Assembly: GCA_013239625.1 (NCBI GenBank)
Contig: MU053994.1
Location: forward strand, 561,775-625,774
Direction: 5' to 3'
DNA: 64,000 bases
From: Lama guanicoe
Taxonomy: Eukaryota
A program made the position numbers and the translations under genes. This document shows, in pieces, positions 26,293-38,258 of the stretch (position 1 is its first letter; the number at the start of each line of letters is the position of its first letter). The notes below the pieces were generated by a model. That model did not search any database, was not told the origin of the DNA, and was given only the letters and a program-made list of their open reading frames with translations.

Positions 26293-29200
26293 ACTAGGTA
26301 AGGCTGAAATAACTTTATAAACATCATAGTTCTGGTCCATCCAGCTCACGATTGCATAGAGGGACTTGAACTTGAACTTGCTCTATAACCCTAGGTAGAG
26401 TGACTTAATTTGTACCTCAGGTAATTTTCAAAAGCATGTGAAGTGGTTCCTAAAGGTCTGATTTTTTTTTCCTATTCTACCACATTAAACTATAAAAAAA
26501 ATTTTCAATACAAACATGTTTAGATGAAAAAAGCCAGAGACAGCAAACAGAGAAGCCTTGCCCAGTGGGGGCCAGAGTGGGTGGGGAAGAGCCCACTCAG
26601 CTAAACTAAACAAAATCTGGAGAAGAAACTATCTTGAGATTTCTGTGAGGCAGAATATATACTGCCATCTGGATTTAAAGTGAAATATTTTCCTGACACA
26701 AATGGATTAAGGAAAAAGAAAATCCTTACTCGAAATCCAGACTGACTACACTTCTGCTTTTTAAGAGGGAGTTTCAGGGAAGATGGGAATAATTTGCTTT
26801 ATCCCAGTGGGAAGCTAAATTGGCTTATCGACTTCTAGGGAGTAGAAATAAAAGCCTCACAACCTCTCCACTGGTTTCTTGGGGTGCTCAGAGGGGAACG
26901 GCAGAGTAGATGACTCAAGTGCATTCAGGAGTCTTTGAACATGTAAACAGACCACGAAGTGAGGTGACAATGGAGAGCTAAACTTCTCTATATCTTTAAA
27001 TATTCCTCCTCTGAGAGTTTGTGGGGAGCAGAGAAGAGAGGGAAGGCCTAGGGGACAGGTGTCCCAGGAACCAGAAGAGTAAAGTAAACAAGTCTAGAAA
27101 GAATACATGGCTAAGCAATGCTGTGGTGGCTGGAATCTATGGGGAAGGATGCCCAGTGAGGAATCGGAGCATTGGATGTTCCATTACTTAAGAAATTAGG
27201 ATGGAAATGTCCCACGGTGCCACCAGCTGCTACCACACACCTTCCTCCTGTGAGCCTTGTGTCTTGACTGACACAGAATCTAAAGAGGGAAAACTGCCAT
27301 GAGAAGAGATGAGTGGTCAGGTCAGCAGGCTACTGCCAGGCACGGAGATGCATTCCACTGTGGCCAGGTGGCCACAGCCATGAGGGGTGGTACCTGCAAT
27401 ATTTTGGAGTTACACAAATGTCTGTCAGAATGCAGTGAATTATTCCTGGACAATCTTCTAGAGAATTCTAGACAAAGAAATCCTACAGGAGGTTCCAGTT
27501 CAAGATGGCAACGTAGGAAGATCCTGAACTCACCTCCTTCCGTGGACACACCAAATCTCCAAGTACGTTTCCAACAATCTTCTCTGAAAAAAACTTTTAA
27601 AATCTAGGATAGTGACTCCTGCTTATCAGGCACCCCAACTTTTAAGGCCTGCACTTGAGACAAACTCCAAAACATCTAACTTGTAAACACTAACGAGGCT
27701 TGTACCCATCAGATCTACGGGGCTGTTGAACTGAGAAACAGCTCATGGGAAGACTAACTCTTTCCCTAGACCCATTTGAAAAGTACCCAGACTTTATATG
27801 AATGGGCTCATTTGCTAGTCTTCCAAGGAGTCAGACCGAGGGGGCAAGTATGTGCCAATGGGAGCAATTTTGGAACTCTCTACCTTGCTAAAGCCAGCAG
27901 AAACCAGCTCTTTTATCTCTGTTTTCCAGCAGCTCGTCATCTTTACACTGCAGCCAGCAAAGACATCTTTGTGCATTGCCTCAGCCTTGCTGAAGCCGGC
28001 AGGCACCTTATGTATCTCTCTTTGTATACTGCCTGGCCCTGGTGGCCACTGGGGCTTAGATACAGTCCTGAGGGACTGCAAGCATATTTGCTTACTTTAA
28101 AAGCTGCTGCCTGAAGGTCTGCCTTCCAGTCAGCCCGAATCTAGGTGCTGACGGATCCTCTCCATCGGGGCACTGACAGGTCTTGGCACACCCTCAAACA
28201 CTGGGAGCTATTAAAACTAAAATAGACTAGACAGTCACAAAGGTGTGGGACACTAACAAGACCTGGGGCAGGGTTCAGCAGTAATGTTCATTTCCATGAG
28301 GCCATTCCTTCAAGATGAGAAGTGGCTCACCTAATGCATAGAAGCTGAGAGCCAAGTAAAATGAAGAAACAAAGGAATATGTTCTAAAACAATAAGAGAA
28401 ACTTCAGAAAAAACCTTAAACAGGGATAATTTACCTGATGAGTTAGTAGTTAATACAGACGCCCACCAAGCTCCCAAGAATGGATGCGCATAGTGACTTC
28501 CCCAAAGCAATAGAAAATACAATGTACTGAAGAGAAGTCACCTCACAGAGAATACAATAACTACACTGAAAAACGCACTGAGGGGTTCAAGGCAGACGAA
28601 CCAGTAGACAGTACCAGCCAACTCCAAAGACAAGGCAGTGGAACTCACCCAGTCAGAGAGCTGAAAGAATCAAGAATGAAAAACAGTTAAAATACCTTAA
28701 GGGACTTATGGAACAATATCAAGCAGACTAATATTCGTAGTATAGGGGTCCTAGCGGGAGAATAGAGGAAGAAACAAAACTTATTTGAAGAAGTAACAGC
28801 TGAAACCTTCTCTAACCTGGGAAAGAAAACCACCAAATCCAGGAAGCCCAGAGAGTTCCAAAGAAGAGGAACTTAAAGAGACCCACATCCGGACACATTA
28901 TAATTAAAATGTCAAAACCTTAAAGGGAAGAATCTTAAGTTTTTTTCCCTTGTTGTTACATACAAGGGAACCCCATAAAAATCAGATTTTTCAGCAGAAC
29001 TGTAGCAGGCCAGAGTGAGTGCAACAATTTATTCTGCTGAAAGATTAAGAACTTCTAACCAAGAATATGCTACCCAACAAAATCATTCAGAATTGAAGTG
29101 AGAGAGTCTTCCAGACAAACAAAAGCTATAGGTCAGGCCACCAATTAACCAGCCTCATAAGAAATGTTAACTGGACTTTAAGCTGAAAAGAAATGGCACT

Positions 29201-30408
29201 AATTAGCAACAAGAAAAAATATCAAAGTAGGAATCTCACTGTTAACAGGTATGTATAAAGGCAGTGGATTTATAAAATGAGTACAAAGGTTAAAAGACAA
29301 AAGTAGTAAAATAACTACACTAACTAGTTAAGGGATACACAGGATTAGAAGATGTCAACTGTGGCATCAAAAAAGTATGTGGAGCTTTAGATGTTTCAAT
29401 AGACCATTATAAAAAAGTTGTTATACGTAAGACTCGTGGTGACCACAAAGCAAAAAGCTACAGTGTATACGCAAAAGATACAGGAATCTAAGCATACCAC
29501 TAAAGACAGTCATCAAACCACATAGGAAGAAAGAAAAAGATAGTAACAGAGGAACTAAGAAACAGCCAAAAACCAAGGCTTTAAATGAACTGACTTCTCT
29601 AATCAAAAGACTTGAGTAGTTAAATAGATTTCTTTTTAAAAAGTAAGACCTAGCTATGTGCTTTCTCCAAGAGTCTCACTTCAGACGTAAGGACCTACAC
29701 AAAGTGAAAGTGAAGGAATGGAAAACTACATTCCATGCCAATGAAAACAAGAAGTTGGATAGCTATTTTTTTGTAATTATTGATTTTTATTTTCTATTTA
29801 ATGACAAAGGTTAAATTTAGCAGCAAAACTTTGACACATACATACACGTTATATTAGTGTGTGTACATATAGTTTTTCCTAATATTTTTGAACAGCTATT
29901 CTTAGATAAAGTAGACTTTAAAACAAAGACTAAATGAGATAAAGGCAATACAAGAGGAATATTTGCTTTATATATATTTATAAATATACAAATATATATA
30001 ACTTTATTTTTTATATTTATAGTAATATGTTATAAATAGTATATATATATATATAAAGCAAATATTAACACACCAGACCTAAACGGAGAAATAGACAGGA
30101 CAATAATAGTAGGAGACTAATACCCAGCTTACAACAATAGATAGATCATCCCAACAGCAAAATCAATTAAAAAATAGCCTTAAACACATTAAAACAGATG
30201 GACCTAAACAGATATACACAGAATATTCCATCCAAAAGCAACAGAAATATGTATTCTTCATGTGCACATGGAGCATTCTCTGGGATGGATCATGTGAGGC
30301 CATAAAACAAGTCTTAATAAGTTTAGAAAGATTATTGAAGTTATATCAAGCATCTTTTTTAGACCACAATATATGAAAATAGAAATCAATTACAAGAAGT
30401 AAACTGGA

Positions 30409-32226
30409 GGGAAGTGTACATGGAAACTCACGTGCACCAGGTCCAAGGGCAGAGGCAGTGATTTCATAGGAACCTGGGCCAGACCTGCCTGCTGGATTTG
30501 GAGGGTCTCCTGGGGAGGTGGGGGATGGCTACAGCTCACTCAGGGGACATAAAAGCTGGTGGCAGACATCCCAGGAGTGTTAATCTATATGCGCTTTCCT
30601 GGAGGCTGACATCTCAATTGGATCATTAGCACCAAGACCTAGCCCGACCCAACAGCCTGTAGGGAAGCCTCAGGCCAAGCAACAGACAAGGTGGGAACAC
30701 AGCCCTACCTATCAGCAGACTTCCTAAGCCACAAAGGCCTCTGGACACAGCCCTACCCACCAGAGGTCCAGGACCAAGCTTCACCCAGCAGTGGGAAGGC
30801 ACTGGCTCCTCCTGCCAAGAAACCTGCGTAAGCCTCTAGACCAGCCTCATCCACCAGGGGCAGATACTAGAAATAAGAAAACAACAATCCCAAAGCCTGT
30901 GAAAGGAATCCACAAACACACAGAAAGACGATATGAGGCAGCAAAGGAATATCTCCCAGGCCACGGCATAAGATAAAATCCCAGAAAAAGAAATAGGTAA
31001 TTTATCTGAGAAAGTTTAAAGTAATGATGGCCAAGATGTTCAGAGAACTCAAGAGGAGCATAGATGCACAGAGTGAAGTTTTTAGCAAAGAGTTGGAAAA
31101 TGTAAATACCCAGAGTTGAATAAAATCACTGAAATGAACCATACACTAGAAGGAACCAAGAATAGACTAAATGAGGCAGAAGAATGGATCAGTGAGCTAG
31201 AAGACCGATTAGTGGAAATCACTACTTCAGAACATAGAAAAGAAAAAAGAATTAAAAGGAATGAGGATAGTTTAAGAGAACTCTGGGACAACATTAAGCA
31301 CACTAATATTCACATTATAGAGGTCCCAGAAAGAGAAGAGAGCAAGAAAGTACCTGAGGAAATTTTTGGAGAGATAATCACTGGAAAATTCCCCAACTTG
31401 GGAAAGGAAATAGTCACCCAAGTCCAGGAAGCACAGAGAGTACCACACAGAATCAACCCAAAGAGGAACACACCAAGGCACATAGTCATCAAATTGACAA
31501 CAATGAAGGATAAAGAGAAAATATTAAAATCAGCAAGGGAAAAGTAAAGAGTAACATACAAGGGAACTCCCATAAGGTTATCAGCTGATTTTTCAGCAGG
31601 AACTCTACAGGCCAGGAGGGAGTGGCATGATATATTTAAAGTGATGCAAGGGGGAAGCTTAAAACCAAGAATACTCTATCCAGCAGGGCTCTCGTTTAGA
31701 CTTGGAGAAGTCAAAAGATTCACAAACAAAAGCTAAAAGATTTCAGCACCACCAAACCAGCTTTACATCAAATGTTAAAGGACCTTCTCTAGTCACCAAA
31801 CTATAAGAAAAGAGAACAAAAAGAAGAAAGAAAAAAAAGACCTACAAAAGATTGCTTTGGCTGTTTGGGATCTTTTGTGGTTCCTTATAAATTTTGGAAT
31901 TGTTCTAGTTCTGTGGGGAATGTCATGGGTATTTTGATGGGGGTTGCATTGGATCTGTGGATTGCTTCGGGCAGTGTGGCCATTTTGATAGTGTTGATTC
32001 TTCCAATCCAAGAGCAGAAGAAATCTTTCCATTTCTTTGTGTCATTTTGGTTTTCAGAGTATAGGTAACCTCCTTGGTTAACTTTATTTCTAGGTATTTT
32101 GTTGTTTTTGATGTAATGGAAATGTCTCTGCCAGTTATAAAATTCTGGTTTTTGAAATGAAAAAAGTGAATGAAGAACTGGAAATGGCAAAACATCCCTC
32201 CTTTTTATGGGTGAGTTGTATTCCAT

Positions 32227-32258
<32 letters not shown>

Positions 32259-33907
32259 CACTGCATCTTTATCTATTCAACTATTAATGTGCACTTGGGA
32301 TGCTTCCATATCTTGGCAATCAAATAATTTTGCTGTTAATAAGCAAGGTGTATGTATCTTTTTGAGTTAATTCTTATTTTGTGGTTGGCTTTATTCCTTT
32401 GATAACTATGTAAGTTTAAAAAGCTAAAGCTCTAAACATTCTTAGAAACAATGAACAGTACATATATGTAAATTTAAAAATATATATGCAGTAAAAAAAA
32501 TTATCTATCAAGCCATGAAAGACATAGAAGAAACTTAAGAGACGTATTACTAAATGAAAGAAGCCAGTCTGAAAAGGATACAAACTGTACGATTCCAACC
32601 AAAGGACATTCTGGAAAAAGCACAGCTACAGAAACAATAAAAAGATGGTGGTTTCCAGGGGTTTGGGGAGAGGGAGGGAGGAATGAATAGATGGATCACA
32701 AGGGATTTTCAGGGCAATGAAATTACTCTGTATGATACTATAGTGGTGGCTACATGTCATTATGCATTTGTCAAAACCTATAGAATGCACAACATCAACA
32801 GTAAACCCTTTTGATCATTTGTATGTCTTCCTTGGAGAATTGCTTGTTTAGGTCTTCTGCCCATTATCAGAGAAATGCAAATCAAAACTACAGTGAGGTA
32901 CCTCCTCACACCAGTCAGAATGGCCGTCATTCAAAAATCCACGAATGACAAATGCTGGAGAGGCTGTGGAGAAAGGGGAACCCTCCTACACTGCTGGTGG
33001 GAATGCAGTTTGGTGCAGCCACTATAGAAAACAGTGTGGAGATTCCTCAAAAGACTAGGAATAGACTTACCATATGACCCAGGAATCCCACTCCTGGGCT
33101 TGTACCCAGAAGGAAATCTACTTCAGGATGACACCTGCACCCCAATGTTCATAGCAGCATTATTTACAATAGCCAAAACATGGAAACAGCCTAAATGTCC
33201 ATCAACAGGTGACTGGATAAAGAAGATGTGGTATATTTATACAATGGAATACTACTCAGCCATAAAAACTGACAACATAATGCCATTTGCAGCAACATGG
33301 ATGCTCCTGGAGAATGTCATTCTAAGTGAAGTAAGCCAGAAAGAGAAAGAAAAATACCATATGAGATCACTCATATGTGGAATTTAAAAAACAAAAACAA
33401 AAACAAAGCATAAATACAGGACAGAAATAGACTCACAGACAGAGAATACAGACTTGTGGTTGCCAGGTGGGTGGAGGGTGGGAAGGGATAGACTGGGATT
33501 TCAAAATTGTAGAATAGATAAACAAGATTACACTGTATAGCACAGGGAAATATACACAAAATGTTATGATAACTCAGAAAAAAATGTGAGAATGAGTGTG
33601 TATATGTCCATGAATGACTGAAAAATTGTGCTGAACATGAATTTGACAACATTGTAAAATGATTATAAATCAATAAAAAATGTTAAAAAAAAAGAGTAAA
33701 CCCTAATGTAAACTATGGACTCTGGTTTATAATGTGTCCATGTTGGTTCATCAATGGTACCAAATATGCCACACTGATGAGGGATGTTGAGGGTAGAGGA
33801 GTACGTATGTGTGGGTGGGGAGGGCTATGTGCAAACTATTTTCTGCTCAATTCTGCTGTGAATCTGAAACTGCTTTAAAGGAGTAAGAACTATTTTAAAA
33901 AAAAAGC
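30409..33907 (+). mobile_element. Composite TSD-flanked insert: L1 5'UTR + ORF1 (30933-31792), inverted ORF2 scraps, L1MC-like 3' end
   Basis: TSD agaagtaaa(c/g)tgga at 30395-30408 and 33908-33921; ORF1 peptide 31116-31547; ORF1 ends MLKDLL*. Confidence 0.8.
32810..33693 (+). mobile_element. Young L1 3' end with 5' inversion
   Basis: ORF2 C-terminal peptide 33034-33387; polyA; TSD agtaaaccct at 32800-32809 and 33695-33704; 32811-32865 is inverted. Confidence 0.93.
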
Positions 33908-35486
33908 AGAAGTAAAGTGGAAAATTCAGAAATATAGAGATTAAACAGCAAGTTACTCTACAACCAGTGGGTCAAAGAAATCAAGAGAAATCAAATACCT
34001 TCAGTCAAATGAAAATGGAAATAAAACATACCAAAATTTATGAGATGTAGCAGCAAAAGCAGTTCTAAGAGGGAAGTTCACAGCAGTAAATGCTTATCTC
34101 AAGAAACCAAAATCTTAGAAAACAACCTAACTGTACACCTCAAAGAACTAAAAAAGAACAAAGCCCAAAGTTACAAGTTAGGAAATAAGGATCAGAGAAA
34201 AAAATCAACCAAAAAGAGACTAAATAGACAGTAACAGAAAAGACCAATGAAACTAGAGCTGGCTCTTTGCAAAGGCAAAATTGATAAATCTTTAGCTAGA
34301 CTCACCAAGCCAAACGGGGCTCAAATAAAACTAAGAAATGAAAGAGGAGACGTTACAACTGATAACATATGTATTCAAAGGATAAGAGACTATATACAAT
34401 TTATGCCAAGAAATTTGACAACTTAGAAGTAGATAAATTCTTAGAAAATATAACCTTCTAAGACTGAATCATGAAGGAATAGAAAATCTGAACAAATTAC
34501 TCATCAGGAGATTGAACCAGTAATCAAAAACCTACCAACAAAATCCCAAGACCAGATGGTTTCAATGGTGAATTCTACCAAATATTCGAAGAATTAATAC
34601 TAATCCTTTTCAAACTCTTCCAAAAACTAATAGAGGTCACATTTTGAAACTCATTTTTACAAGGCCACCATTAGCTGATAGCCCAAACTGGACAAGGGCA
34701 CAACTGCGGAAAATCACATGTCAACATCCTTGACGAACAGAGATGCAAATACCTCAACAAAATCTTAGTAAACAGAATTCAACATACACTAAAAGCATCA
34801 TATACCTTCAGGTAGGGTTTATTCAGGGATGCAAGGACAGTTCAACATCTACAAGTCAACATGATATACCCTATCAACAAAATGAATAATAAAAATCATA
34901 CGATCATCTCAACAGATGTAGAAATAGCATTTAACAAAATCCACCATCTATTTATGATTAAAACTCTCAACAAAAGTGGGTATAGAGTGAATATATCTCA
35001 ACATAATTAAGGCCATATATGACAAGCCCACAGCTAACTTCAAACTCAATGGTGAAAAGCTGAAAGCTTTTCCTCTAAGATCAGGAACAAGACTAGGACC
35101 TCCCACCCCAGACTCACCAACATACTATTGTTATCCTAGCCACTCACTAGGCAAGAAGAAATAAAAGGCATCCAAATTGGAAAAGAGGTCAACTGTCACT
35201 GCTTGCAGATGGCATGATATATATAAAAAAAACCCTAAAGATTCCATCAAAAACTGTTAGATTAATAAACCAATTCAGTAAAGCTGCAGAACACAGGATG
35301 ACTATACAAAAGTCTTGTACATTTCTATATGCTAACAACAAAGTATCCAAAAAAGAAAAATCACTTATAATTGTATGAAAATGAATATATACCTAAGAAT
35401 AAATTTAACCGAGTGGGTAAAAGACTTGTAATTGATAATTATAGAACATTCCATTTCAAAGCCTTTGGTAAAAAAAAACACAAGGC

Positions 35487-35675
35487 CAGTGGTTCACTCA
35501 GTGTGATTCCCCAGACAAGCAGCATCAGCAACACCTGGGAACTTGGTGGAAATGCACATTCTTGGGCCCCCTCATAGACCTACTAAGGCAGAAACTCTGG
35601 GGGGTGGAGCCCAGCAATCTGTTTTAACAGCCGTCCAGGGGATTCTGAGGCAGGCTAAAGCTCGAGAACCATTGC
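35487..35675 (+). mobile_element. MER5A hAT MITE (related copies near 440-570, 4670-4830, 10450-10630, 47570-47725)
   Basis: cagtggttc...agcagcatcagcaacacctgggaacttg...gagaaccattg. Confidence 0.85.
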
Positions 35676-36883
35676 ATAATTCATTTATGCAACTTACTTG
35701 TTGCTTAAATCATCCTCAGCCTTTAGAGGTCTAGAATAGCCCCCATATATACAACCTGAATGATTTAAGAAATCAGATTTTTCTGTTCTCCAAATTTAAA
35801 CAATGTAAAGTCAAATAAATATCTTACATATGTAGACCTTCAATGGAATACTACGCGGCCATTTAAAGACATAACAAAACCAACAAAAAACAAAACAAAA
35901 CCCATGTAGTCTAGCCCCTCTTTGGCACAAAATGGAAGGATCTAGGTCGTAATCTGCTCATCATGAACATCAGAGGGAGAAAGCAAATGTACATGATTTG
36001 CATGGTAAAAGGAGCTGAAGAAACTCAGGAAGAGAAAATAAATGAAAGTTTTCATGAACAAAGCAAACCATCCAAAAAAGACCTCAGATAGAAAATGAAC
36101 CGAACTGTTTTGGAAGCACTTTGCCCTGTCCTCCTCCCAGCAAGTCCAGCCCAAGTCCTATGCTGAAGTTCAATCATTGAGTGCATCAGCATGTGACTTT
36201 TGCTAGAGTTGGGGCGGTTAAATCTGATTAGACTGAATGGATGCCTGTCCTCTGGAGCCCTAATACCATCAGAATTGTGCCATGCCGTTAACAGAAGGAG
36301 GTTAGGAACAGGGGATACTGCCATTGGGTTCCTGTTTACTCCATAAAGGCAGATTCCTGCAGACCAAATAAACCCATCTATTTGTTGATCGGGGGAAAAA
36401 AAAAGTCCTATCAAGCTTTTATAAAAAGATTCCCTAGCTGTATATGCAATGAGAAAGTCCTTTAGTAAATTCTGCAACAGGTTTTTTTAAAAAATCATTG
36501 ACATAGATTATGAGTAGGTAGTTCTAAATAAGCAATAGCTTCATGAAACCTACTTTGAGGATGTTCATTAAAATTTCAGATGTCAACATGATCCTCTCAA
36601 GTTCTGTGATCTTCAAATTGAAGTGTTGGTATTTGTAAATATACCTTTAATTGTAAATATACTCACCCCTGGAAATAGTAAAGCTGTTTCAATTTAGAGT
36701 CATTTACTCTACCTACTTAGCACCAGCATGGTACCAGGCACTGTACTAGGTAGCAAATGTTGAAAAGATCTGGTACGGACCTCAGGAGGGTTACACACCC
36801 TAGGCAGGTACTAGATGCAAATGCAGTAGGACAAACAAACCAAAGCTTTTGAGTGTTCCCAGCCCTCTCCTTCCTTCAGTCAA

Positions 36884-36972
36884 CTCCCATCCAAGTACTA
36901 ACCAGGCCCGACCCTGTCTAGCTTCTGAGAACAGACAAGATTGGGCGCATTCAGGGTGGTATGGCCATAGAC
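36884..36972 (-). pseudogene. 3'-truncated 5S rRNA retropseudogene (nt 1-89)
   Basis: Reverse complement GTCTATGGCCATACCACCCTGAATGCGCCC...GGTTAGTACTTGGATGGGAG; 8 differences from mammalian 5S, 5 at CpG; 13-bp direct repeat ccttcagtcaact at 36873-36885 and 36973-36985. Confidence 0.95.
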
Positions 36973-37201
36973 CCTTCAGTCAACTAAAGAGAATTCAGGC
37001 ATAATAATTCTTCCATCCCTGGCCTTCTGAGTTTTTGACCTTGGTGTGGATGGGGTAGACTCTTTTAGGGTGGAGAGAGGTCAAAAGGCAGATGGAAAAT
37101 AGGGAAATTAGAAAAAGAAATTGTGTCAATCTAACATCACTTGCTAAGGACGTTTCTATCATATAATCTCTCAAGGAATTTCTGTGAATCTCTGAAAAAT
37201 C

Positions 37202-37570
37202 TGTGACAGGATTCACGAAGTTCTATTTCACTTTCTTCTGCCTGGGTATAGAAAGACTACATTTCCCAGCCTCCCTTGACTTTTGATCACGATCATGTGC
37301 TGAGTTCTGGCCAGTCAACTGGGAGAGAGCAATTTTATGCTTCTGATATGAAGCATAAAAAAGTAGCATGGTCTTTTTTTACTCTCTTCCCCTTTTGCAG
37401 AAACTTTGAAGTCCTGTATTCTGGATGTTGATGTTACAAGATAGTGGAGCCTCCATCAGCTTGGGACCCTGAGAGACTACTGAACAGAGATCTACCCCAT
37501 CCCCTTGCAGCGTATGACAGAAAAAGATATGTGAGAAATGCAGATTTTCAGGAGCTTTGCTTCAACCTAA
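37202..37570 (+). mobile_element. MLT1J-like MaLR LTR
   Basis: agactacatttcccagcctcccttg...catgtgctgagttctggcca motif. Confidence 0.7.
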
Positions 37571-38136
37571 TTATCCTTTTCACAGTGGTCCAGAGATACA
37601 AGTAAAAATTTGGATTGCTTTGAAATTACCTCTTGGCTGTTGAGTTCTGCTCCTTTAATGCCCCATTACTCAGAGTCTGGACACCATGGTTCTGGCTTTG
37701 TAAGTGTTACCAAAATAAAATATAGTTGTTAAAATAGGGCTATGGACAAGTGCCCTGGAAGCCTGGAGGAAAAAGATGCCAAGCCTGGAAAGGCTAAGTT
37801 GGATGCCTGCCCTCTTAATAACACCAAGGATTGCTCAAGACCTTTTTGCACTCTCCACTACCCATCCCACTCCTACCAAGGAAAAAAAAAACAGAACAAA
37901 GATAAAGCGAGAACATTTGGTTGGAGGGGGAAAAGAACACTGTCAATTACCCACTGCATCATATTTGGACAAGCAGCAACATTCCAGTTAGCATGGTTAT
38001 AATACTCCCAGGATAAAAGTAATTAACTGTTGAAGGTTTCCTGGAATCAAGACTGAATAGAGAGGAATCCAGGAACCTCATCAGAGAAAAAGGACATTTA
38101 TAGGTGATAACATTTAAGGACAGAAATTTCCCCTAC

Positions 38137-38258
38137 CTGAGCTGCAGAGCTAGGGCTGGAGGCATGATCTTTGCCCCTATCCTGCCGATGAGGGTCGGGA
38201 ACACACCTACCAGCTCCACTACGGTGATGTGTCGAAGATCCAGACCACACTGGGCTTG
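38137..38258 (-). CDS. SRPX: SRPX coding exon 9
   Basis: 122 bp, translated by hand (this frame is not in the ORF track): QAQCGLDLRHITVVELVGVFPTLIGRIGAKIMPPALALQL(R); acceptor ttttttccag, donor gtaggg. Confidence 0.96.

Larger units (their letters stand above)
27488..35445 (+). mobile_element. Decayed L1 with 5' end, ORF1 (~28330-29180) and ORF2 (EN to RT), lacking its 3' end; hosts several nested inserts
   Basis: ggttccagttcaagatggc 5' start; ORF1 motifs (tacaagggaacccc, gattttcagcagaac); ORF2 interrupted at 30408 and resumed at 33908. Confidence 0.9.

Noticed and set aside
36884..36972. Functional 5S rRNA gene
   Set aside because: Lacks the last ~30 nt and terminator, shows CpG decay and is flanked by a TSD.
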